Source of the DNA: a virus
Strand: one strand, 5' to 3'
DNA: 38,666 nucleotides
IMG/VR virus record: IMGVR_UViG_3300045988_063822
Shown in pieces: positions 31,839-38,666 of the stretch; the stretch's first letter is position 1, and each line of letters begins with the position of its first letter. The position numbers and the translations under genes are program-made. The notes beneath the pieces are model-generated. The model was not told the origin of the DNA, searched no databases, and saw nothing but the letters and a program-made list of their open reading frames with translations.

Positions 31839-33775
31839 TGGCTGCCCCGAGTATCAACTCAAAAATCAAACTGGACGGCGAGCGGGAATACAAGGCTGCA
31901 CTGGCCGAGATCAAGAGCGGCCTGAACGTTCTGAAATCCGAGCTGAATCTCGCGTCCGAGCAGTTTCGGGATAACGCGGACAGCGTCGAAGCGCTGACCA
32001 AGAAAAATGACATCCTCGACCGCACGATCCTGACGCAGAAGGAAAAAATCGAGCAGATCGAAAAGGCGCTCCAGTCCTCGGCCTCCGCCTACGGCGAAGC
32101 CGACGAGCGCACCAATCGCTGGAAAACGCAGCTCAACAACGCACAGGCCGAATTGGTCAAGATGGAGCGTGCATTGAAGGACAACGAGGACGCACTCCAA
32201 AAGGCGCAGAAAGAGGCCGACGGCACGACAACCGCCTTTGGCAAGCTGAAAAAGGCGCTGTCTGACACCAAGGAGCAGGGCGGCGGCATCAAGGGTCTGT
32301 TTTCTAATCTCAAGGAGGAGTTCTCCGGCAACAACGAGGTCATGCGCGGCCTTGGAGACGCGCTGACGGATGTGGCCGGGAAGTTCGGCGTCCAGCTCCC
32401 GGAGGGCGCACAGAAGGCCGTGCAGTCTCTCAACGGCATCAATGCAGGCGCAGCTTTGGCTGTGACCGGCCTTGGCCTTGTGGTCGCTGCGGTGATCAAG
32501 ACCGAAAAGGCTCTGATCTCCATGACGAAGGAGTCCGCAGCCTACGTCGACAACATCCTCACGATGTCGCAGACAACCGGGCAATCCGCAGAACAGCTGC
32601 AGGAGTTTTCCTACGCAACGGAGCTTCTGGACGTGTCCATGGACACGCTGCAAGGCTCGCTGACCAAGCTGACCAACAATATGCAAAATGCCATCAACGG
32701 AACCGGGGATGCGAAGTCTGCCTTTGAGCAGCTGGGCATTTCTCTGACAAATGCCGACGGCAGTATGCGCAGCGCAAACGATGTCTTTTATGACACGATC
32801 GATGCGCTCGGTGAGGTGCAGAACGCGACGGAACGTGACGCGCTCTCCATGGACATCTTTGGGCGGTCTGCGCAGGATCTCAACCCGCTGATCATCCAGG
32901 GCAGCGACACCCTGAAAGATTATGCAAAGGAAGCGCATGACGTTGGCTATGTTCTCGACAACGAAGCGTTAGAAGCACTCGGCGCTGTCGACGACGGATT
33001 CCAGCGGCTGCAAAAAACACAGGAATCTGTCAAGAACCAGATGGCTGCGGAGTTCGCCCCGTATCTGACCAAGGCGCTGGAGGACATCCGAGAGCTGATC
33101 CAGAAGGTCGGTAAAGCGCTGGTCGAGTCCGGCGCGGTCGATGCTTTTGGCAGTATCCTCGAATCGTCCGTTGCGCTTCTGGAGCCGCTCGGCTCGCTGA
33201 TCTCTGCGGTGCTCCCGGCCCTGACCGCGGCCCTGAAGCCGATCGCGCAGACAGTCGCTCTGATCGCAGATACGGCCAACGTTATCGTCGGTCTGTTTAC
33301 GTTCAACGGCGATAAGATCAGAACCGCACTCGGCCTGAACGCCAGCTCCGGACAGCTCAGCAATATGCAGCGTGCCAGCGGCGCCTATAACGGCTACCGC
33401 TATTCGCAGTCTGCGGGCTGGATCACCGAGGGCACCTACACGGACGCGGAGCTGCGTTCGATGTACAACAGTGAGGTTTCCGCTGGGACGGCGCAAGGGA
33501 CCTTTGAGGCGTGGAAAAATGCCGGGTTGTGGCGCAGGAACGCCAGCGGCACAGACTGGTTTCCCGGCGGACGGACGCTGCTTAGCGAGCACGGCGCAGA
33601 GACCGCGATCCTGCCGCAGGGCACGCGCATCCTGACCGCGCAGGAAACGCGCCAGACCGGCGGCGATACTTACAACATCACGATCGACGCCCACACGGTG
33701 CGGGAGTTTGAGGACATCCTCCGCATTGTGCAGGAGCGCCGCAGAGTTGTTCGAATGGGAGGTGCAACGGGATGA
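31838..33775 (+). CDS. Tail tape measure protein (TP901-family core).
   Basis: RBS gggaggtgg. Coiled-coil N-terminus. Core region FSYATELLDVSMDTLQGSLTKLTNNMQNAINGTGDAKSAFEQLGISL...RDALSMDIFGRSAQDLNPLI. Confidence 0.85.
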   Translation: MAAPSINSKIKLDGEREYKAALAEIKSGLNVLKSELNLASEQFRDNADSVEALTKKNDILDRTILTQKEKIEQIEKALQSSASAYGEADERTNRWKTQLNNAQAELVKMERALKDNEDALQKAQKEADGTTTAFGKLKKALSDTKEQGGGIKGLFSNLKEEFSGNNEVMRGLGDALTDVAGKFGVQLPEGAQKAVQSLNGINAGAALAVTGLGLVVAAVIKTEKALISMTKESAAYVDNILTMSQTTGQSAEQLQEFSYATELLDVSMDTLQGSLTKLTNNMQNAINGTGDAKSAFEQLGISLTNADGSMRSANDVFYDTIDALGEVQNATERDALSMDIFGRSAQDLNPLIIQGSDTLKDYAKEAHDVGYVLDNEALEALGAVDDGFQRLQKTQESVKNQMAAEFAPYLTKALEDIRELIQKVGKALVESGAVDAFGSILESSVALLEPLGSLISAVLPALTAALKPIAQTVALIADTANVIVGLFTFNGDKIRTALGLNASSGQLSNMQRASGAYNGYRYSQSAGWITEGTYTDAELRSMYNSEVSAGTAQGTFEAWKNAGLWRRNASGTDWFPGGRTLLSEHGAETAILPQGTRILTAQETRQTGGDTYNITIDAHTVREFEDILRIVQERRRVVRMGGATG

Positions 33776-35751
33776 GTACAACGCTAACGCTCCAAGCGGT
33801 GCAGTCTGCGGCAACACTGTATTCTCAACCAACGACTACCTTTAACACAGAGACAGAATATTCATCTGATGCGCTTAATAACAGAGCATTTTACAAAATG
33901 TATGTCTCATTTCAGCCAATTCCTGCCGCATATCAATTTCAGAAGGTTGAAACAATCATATCGTATCTGTACTATCGCTCGCTGTATTCTCCCGCTCACA
34001 CCGAGACCGTCGGAAGCGTTGATCCGATAAGCAAACCATTCGATGCTAGCACATTAAATTACCAGAATGCACCCGGGCGTATAGGCGGCAGTAGTTATTC
34101 CTTGTATTTGTATAAAACCGGATATGATTCAAAATCATGGGTTGATGCATTTAATAGTTTTTCTAAAATTTTGAGATGTGGTTTGATGACCGATGTCTCA
34201 TCATGGTATGCAGTGCAATCATCGAGAAGCGCGAACCCTCCTTACTTGGAGGTCAGTATTGGCGATGAAATTATTGGACTAACAATATCTAATGCTGCAC
34301 CATCGAACGGGTCAATTGTTGCTGCAAACAGCAATGTATTTTCATGGAAAGAAGCCGCAAGCGGAACCTGCTATGCGGAGATTTCTCGCACGTCTGCAAA
34401 ATTCCGCTGGCGCAAATCTGCGTCCGACACAGTCAAGGAGATTGCCGTGCCCGGCACGGCTACCTCCATCACCATCCCAGCGAATACTTTTTCCGGTGAC
34501 AGCATCCAGTGGCAGCTCAGCGTGACCGCGAACAGCGGCGTCACCACGACCTCCGATTGGATGACGCTCTCGCTGACCGACGTGGAATCCACAGCCGTTG
34601 TGGTTGCTCCTGACCGGGCAGTCCTCGACGGATCGTCCGACAACGTATTCAAATGGGAACATGTCATTTCGACCGGCACGGCCCAAACGAAGGCCGAATT
34701 GCAGCAGAGCACGGACGGCAGCACATGGACGGCGCTGGCAACCGTCACCGGTGCTGCCAACACATGGACGGCTCCTGCCGGGACGTTTACCTCCGGCACA
34801 AAATACTGGCGCGTGCGGACGTACAATTCCAAGGGTGCTGCGGGCGCATGGAGCGCTGCCACACAGTTTATTGTGCTGGCCGCCCCTGCAACACCGCCCG
34901 TGTCCATCGTGTCCACAGAGCCGCGCCCGGAGATCCGCTGGCAGTCGGATGAACAGCAAGCCTACCAAGTCGAGATTGACGGCGTCTATGCCTCCGGTAC
35001 GCGCTTCGGAACCGGGAAGACGTGGAAAGCCCCATTTTATCTGGCCGATGGCAGCTACACGGTGCGCGTCCGTGTGCAAAACGAATACGGCTTCTGGTCG
35101 CCGTGGGGCACGGCGGCGCTCCCGGTCACAAACGTACCGGGCGGCGCGATCACGCTGACCGCCGAGGGCGGCATTGAGGCGGCGCTCAGCTGGACGCCGG
35201 GCAGCTTTGACTACTATCTGGTCTACCGGGACGGCGTGGCCATCGTGAAGGTCACGGAACCGAGCTACACCGACGCAGCCAGCATTGGTGGTGTGCGCTA
35301 TCAGGTGCGCGGCTGCTACGACAACAGCGACAATTACAGTCTGTCCGAGGCCGTGGAGGTCACGGTCAGCACAGACAAAGTCCGACTCTACGACATGGAG
35401 CGCGGCGAGTGGCTGCACTTCCTTTACGATTCCTCGGCGCACCGCAGCACGGGGCTGAGCCTGTCCCAGGACATCCAATATGTCCAGCTCTCCGGGCACA
35501 CCTACCCGGTCGCCGAGCGGAGCGAATTTAAGTCCCGCGCGCTGCGGATCACCTGCGTCTGCGCGGACTACGCGGAGCGGCAGTCTCTGCGGGCGCTGCT
35601 CGGACACCTGACCTGCTGCAAGACGCCGGAGGGCAATATGACCATCGGCTACCCGGCCAGCATCACGGAAAACTCTGACGATTTCTTCAGCACTTACAGC
35701 TTTACCATCGAACAGATTGACCGAAAGGAGGAGATCGACCTTGATTCGTGA
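33772..35751 (+). CDS. Distal tail (Dit-like) protein carrying an AT-rich N-terminal domain and several FN3-like repeats.
   Basis: ATGA overlap with the tape-measure stop. Repeated FN3-type patterns occur (F.W........Y.......G...W). The C-terminal ~120 aa have the look of a siphovirus tail component. Confidence 0.6.
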   Translation: MSTTLTLQAVQSAATLYSQPTTTFNTETEYSSDALNNRAFYKMYVSFQPIPAAYQFQKVETIISYLYYRSLYSPAHTETVGSVDPISKPFDASTLNYQNAPGRIGGSSYSLYLYKTGYDSKSWVDAFNSFSKILRCGLMTDVSSWYAVQSSRSANPPYLEVSIGDEIIGLTISNAAPSNGSIVAANSNVFSWKEAASGTCYAEISRTSAKFRWRKSASDTVKEIAVPGTATSITIPANTFSGDSIQWQLSVTANSGVTTTSDWMTLSLTDVESTAVVVAPDRAVLDGSSDNVFKWEHVISTGTAQTKAELQQSTDGSTWTALATVTGAANTWTAPAGTFTSGTKYWRVRTYNSKGAAGAWSAATQFIVLAAPATPPVSIVSTEPRPEIRWQSDEQQAYQVEIDGVYASGTRFGTGKTWKAPFYLADGSYTVRVRVQNEYGFWSPWGTAALPVTNVPGGAITLTAEGGIEAALSWTPGSFDYYLVYRDGVAIVKVTEPSYTDAASIGGVRYQVRGCYDNSDNYSLSEAVEVTVSTDKVRLYDMERGEWLHFLYDSSAHRSTGLSLSQDIQYVQLSGHTYPVAERSEFKSRALRITCVCADYAERQSLRALLGHLTCCKTPEGNMTIGYPASITENSDDFFSTYSFTIEQIDRKEEIDLDS

Positions 35752-36784
35752 TGTCTCCTACCACGTCAATGTCCTGCGCAACGGAGCCGAGTTTGCACGG
35801 CTCCATTGGCGCAGCGGCGACAACCCCAACATCATGGTCAACAAGGATGCCGAGATCAAAGGCAGCTTCTCCGGGCGGTTCTACGTGCCCGACACGGTCG
35901 ATCTGCTGTCAGACGAGCTGCAGCCCGTCATGCGCCTGAACGACGTGGAGACGCCGCTGGGCGTCTTCCAGACGGCGACTCCGAGCCGCGCAACCGACCG
36001 CTACAACACGATCATCCAGATCGAGGCATACGACCGCTGCTGGCGGCTGCAAAACCAGCGTACGGAGAACATCCTGCACATCGCCGCCGGCACGTCCTAC
36101 ATTACGAAGATCCGCCAGATGCTCACGGAGGCCGGGATCGGGCTGGTCATTGTGGCTCCGTCCACAGCCACGCTCCAGACCGACCGCGAGGATTGGGAGA
36201 TCGGTACGACCTATCTGTCCATCATCAATCAGCTGCTGGCCGAGATCAATTACAGCGATGTGTGGTTCGACGGCAGCGGCATCGCGCATTTGGAGCCGTA
36301 TGAACAGCCCAGCGCCGACCGCATCGATCATGCCTATTCCGATACCGACGTCGTCCACGCGCAGCCGATCGGGCCGGATCACAACGACGAGACGGACATT
36401 TTCAATGCGCCGAACGTCTTTGTCCGAATCTGCAGCAACCCAGATCTCGACGCCGACATGGTGGCCACGGCGGTCAACGAGTCTCCGACGTCCAGCACGT
36501 CCACGTTCAAGCGCAAAATGCGCATCGTCGATGTGCAGCGTGTGGACAACATTGCGAGCCAAGATGAGCTTCAGGCCGCCGCCGACCGCGCCCGGAACGA
36601 GTCCATGCTGGCCGCGCGAACCATCACATTTCAGACACTTAATGAGCCGGGCCACGGCGTCGGGGACATCATCTCCATCGACGACCCGGAGCTGGCCGGG
36701 ATCTACGAGGAGACCGGCTGGTCGCTGACCATGGCCGCCGGCCAGATGATGCAGCACACAGCGAAAAGGACGGTGATTGCATGA
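35741..36784 (+). CDS. Tail-associated / baseplate hub-like protein (Tal position). TTG start.
   Basis: GGAGGAG lies 8 nt upstream of TTG 35741. Synteny after the Dit-like gene. Confidence 0.5.
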   Translation: MIRDVSYHVNVLRNGAEFARLHWRSGDNPNIMVNKDAEIKGSFSGRFYVPDTVDLLSDELQPVMRLNDVETPLGVFQTATPSRATDRYNTIIQIEAYDRCWRLQNQRTENILHIAAGTSYITKIRQMLTEAGIGLVIVAPSTATLQTDREDWEIGTTYLSIINQLLAEINYSDVWFDGSGIAHLEPYEQPSADRIDHAYSDTDVVHAQPIGPDHNDETDIFNAPNVFVRICSNPDLDADMVATAVNESPTSSTSTFKRKMRIVDVQRVDNIASQDELQAAADRARNESMLAARTITFQTLNEPGHGVGDIISIDDPELAGIYEETGWSLTMAAGQMMQHTAKRTVIA

Positions 36785-37020
36785 TGGATCTGTTTACGGC
36801 CACGCTGGAGAGCACGAAGGAATCGCCGCTGCTCTCGCTGGCGACCATCGGCGCGAAGTACACGGACGGCGTCTCGCTGATCTTCCCCGGCCAAACCAAG
36901 GCGACGGCCAAGCACTACCGCTGCAATCCGGACGTCACCTTCGCTGCGGGCAATCGCGTCCTGATCGCCCGCGTCAGCGGCAGCTATGTGGTGCTGTCCA
37001 AGGTCGGCAAGCCAAAGTAA
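36781..37020 (+). CDS. Small baseplate / spike-like protein (XkdR/DUF2577-like).
   Basis: ATGA overlap. Ends with GNRVLIARVSGSYVVLSKVG. Confidence 0.4.
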   Translation: MMDLFTATLESTKESPLLSLATIGAKYTDGVSLIFPGQTKATAKHYRCNPDVTFAAGNRVLIARVSGSYVVLSKVGKPK

Positions 37021-37030
37021 GGAGGTAGCT

Positions 37031-37351
37031 ATGAGCCTAAAAATCATGCAGGGCGACCAGTACGCCATTGTATTTACTGGGGTGCAGGACGGCGCGCCGC
37101 TCGACCTATCCAAGATTGAGATGATCGAGTTCATCGTCGGAAAGCTGCGCAAAATCTACCCCGGCGAGGTCACGACGGACACAGCCGGAAACTTCCTGTT
37201 CCCTCTGACGCAGGAGGAAACCTTTCAGTTCAAATCCGCTTCTCAGGCCGTTCAGATCCGCGTCAAGTTTACCGGCGCGGAGCCGGTCGTTATCGGCACC
37301 AGCATTGAGGGCATCCGCGTGAGCGATTCCATCAGTAAGGTGGTGCTGTGA
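37031..37351 (+). CDS. Hypothetical tail/baseplate protein (106 aa).
   Basis: RBS aaggagg lies 6 nt upstream of ATG 37031. Confidence 0.5.
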   Translation: MSLKIMQGDQYAIVFTGVQDGAPLDLSKIEMIEFIVGKLRKIYPGEVTTDTAGNFLFPLTQEETFQFKSASQAVQIRVKFTGAEPVVIGTSIEGIRVSDSISKVVL

Positions 37352-37596
37352 TGATTCACTTTGACATCGGCGGAAAACCGAGCATTGTATTTGCAATCGA
37401 TAACGTCAAAATTGTCCACACGGGCGGTGGAGAGCCTTATGAGGGCGAATACACGGTCATCCCAAAGGCCAACGCGCCGACTGTCCTTGAGACCGCTGGA
37501 AAGACGCTCAACAAGGACGTGACCGTCACCAAGATCCCGTATTACGAAACATCCAATCCCACTGGGGACACAGTTTATATTGCATCGGAGGTATAA
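37348..37596 (+). CDS. Hypothetical tail protein (82 aa).
   Basis: ATGA overlap with the upstream gene. Confidence 0.45.
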   Translation: MMIHFDIGGKPSIVFAIDNVKIVHTGGGEPYEGEYTVIPKANAPTVLETAGKTLNKDVTVTKIPYYETSNPTGDTVYIASEV

Positions 37597-37598
37597 AA

Positions 37599-38186
37599 AT
37601 GGGTAAAAGCAAGATCATCTACGGCGGCACTGTCCTGATCGACCTGACTGCCGACACCATCGCGGACGGAAAAGTCCTTCTCGGCTACAAATTCCACGGC
37701 CCGGACGGCGAGATCCACACAGGCTCCTGCACGTTCGATCTCGACACCTCGGGTGCAACGGTCAAGGCATCGGAAGTCCTCATAGGCAAGACGGCAGGCG
37801 CGCGCGGCACAATGATCACCGGCGAAATGCCAAACAACGGCGCAGTCGCCGCGAAGATCAGCACGGTCAATGGCGAGTATATCGTCCCGCTTGGCTATCA
37901 CGACGGCTCCGGCAAGTGCGTCATCGACCCCGACGAGGCTGCGAAGATCATTGCAGCCAACATCAAAAAGGGCGTTACCATCCTCGGCGTCGAGGGCACA
38001 TACGGCGGCGAGGCCATCACCGTCCAGACCAAGACGGTCGATCCGCTGACCACGTCGCAGACCGTCATCCCGGATGAGGGTTATGATTATCTGTCTCAGG
38101 TGGTCGTCAACGCCATCTATTATAACGAGGCGGACAATTCCGCTGGCGGAAAGACCGTCACCATCGGCAAGGCCGCGGAGGTTTGA
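37599..38186 (+). CDS. Tail fibre-like protein 1 (195 aa).
   Basis: The N-terminus MGKSKIIYGGTVLIDLTADTIADGKVLLGYKFHGPDGEIHTG is paralogous to the N-terminus of the next gene. Confidence 0.6.
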   Translation: MGKSKIIYGGTVLIDLTADTIADGKVLLGYKFHGPDGEIHTGSCTFDLDTSGATVKASEVLIGKTAGARGTMITGEMPNNGAVAAKISTVNGEYIVPLGYHDGSGKCVIDPDEAAKIIAANIKKGVTILGVEGTYGGEAITVQTKTVDPLTTSQTVIPDEGYDYLSQVVVNAIYYNEADNSAGGKTVTIGKAAEV

Positions 38187-38187
38187 T

Positions 38188-38666
38188 ATGGGCGTCAGTA
38201 AAGTCGATTTCGCGGGGAATACGCTGGTCGACCTGACGGGAGACAGCGTTACACCGGAAACCCTGTTGGAAGGTGCAACGGCGCACAATGCCGCCGGGGA
38301 TCAGATTGCTGGAGCCGTGGCCGTGGCTCCAGCCTCCGCCACCACCCCGAAGGCCCCGGGGACGGCGTCGGCTGGTTCGGAAAGTGCGTATGCCCGAGGG
38401 GATCATGTGCATCCTGAGCAAACTGTTCACGACAATGATGTCTTGTGGGGTGGCAAAAATCTTCATGGCGAAGTATCTCCAACGGATGCGGCAATGGTAT
38501 CAGTCATCGGAGGTAATAAATTTGCGTTATGCAAACCACAAGGAATTACCATTGAATATACAAATGATGGTGGAGCAACATGGGTAAATTATGACGCCAC
38601 AGAGGAAACCAAAATTGAGCTAATGTCTGGTATTTCTACCGTTGGATTGTATTATGGCAAAAAAAC
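38188..38666 (+). CDS. Tail fibre / receptor-binding protein, 5' part. It runs off the window end and continues at 1-701.
   Basis: ATG 38188 lies 2 nt after the upstream stop. Reads MGVSKVDFAGNTLVDLTGDSVTPETLLEGATAHNAAGDQIAG...GSESAYARGDHVHP, a motif common in phage tail fibres. Confidence 0.7.
   Translation, partial: MGVSKVDFAGNTLVDLTGDSVTPETLLEGATAHNAAGDQIAGAVAVAPASATTPKAPGTASAGSESAYARGDHVHPEQTVHDNDVLWGGKNLHGEVSPTDAAMVSVIGGNKFALCKPQGITIEYTNDGGATWVNYDATEETKIELMSGISTVGLYYGKK
38582..38666. repeat. Terminal overlap copy 2, identical to 1-85.
   Basis: Same 85-nt string as the window start. Confidence 0.9.

Noticed and set aside
38582-38666. The 85-bp terminal repeat as a biological direct terminal repeat of the virion DNA.
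   Set aside because: It falls in the middle of a tail-fibre coding sequence. The genome also has an HNH plus terminase arrangement typical of cos-type packaging, with ends expected near the terminase genes. The repeat is more likely an assembly overlap of a circular contig. It cannot be excluded without read data.

Overview
The window is a complete, circularly assembled genome of a temperate siphovirus-like phage. Bases 1-85 repeat exactly at 38582-38666, so the unit length is 38581 bp, and the cut falls inside a tail-fibre gene. The DNA is mostly GC-rich, with several clearly AT-rich islands. The protein families present (XhlA, LL-H holin, Cys-rich KTR, DUF3102, BspA-type LRR) suggest a Clostridia-type Firmicutes host; this is inference. 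In window order the genome contains: tail fibres and receptor-binding genes (37599-2080, wrapping the junction); a lysis cassette (2796-4343); an accessory region (4369-7131); attP made of the 3' part of tRNA-Ser(GCT) (7217-7280) next to a tyrosine integrase; a lysogeny module and CI/Cro-type switch (8558-10924); a replication module with an initiator carrying an internal iteron/AT-rich ori candidate, DnaB, ParA and DUF3102 (12026-16080); a run of small early or middle genes including ASCH, PAPS-reductase-like, ThyX-like and DUF5664 proteins; an HUH Rep-like plus Cys-rich KTR cassette (22009-22983); and an HK97-type packaging, head and tail module (23099-37596). The strongest candidate system is a phage-borne type III toxin-antitoxin / abortive-infection locus on the minus strand at about 4702-5486. 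It consists of a promoter, three tandem 37-nt repeats (a ToxI-like RNA antitoxin with a new repeat sequence), a hairpin terminator and a ToxN/AbiQ-family toxin gene. Other notable points are an 8 x 69-bp LRR array with localised hypervariability in a tail protein, an in-frame TerS-TerL fusion ORF, a 2.3-kb cassette flanked by 48-bp direct repeats, and a partition-like ParA/DUF3102 pair in an integrase-carrying phage. No rRNA, complete tRNA, CRISPR array or reverse transcriptase was seen. All family assignments come from motif recognition by eye, not from searches.
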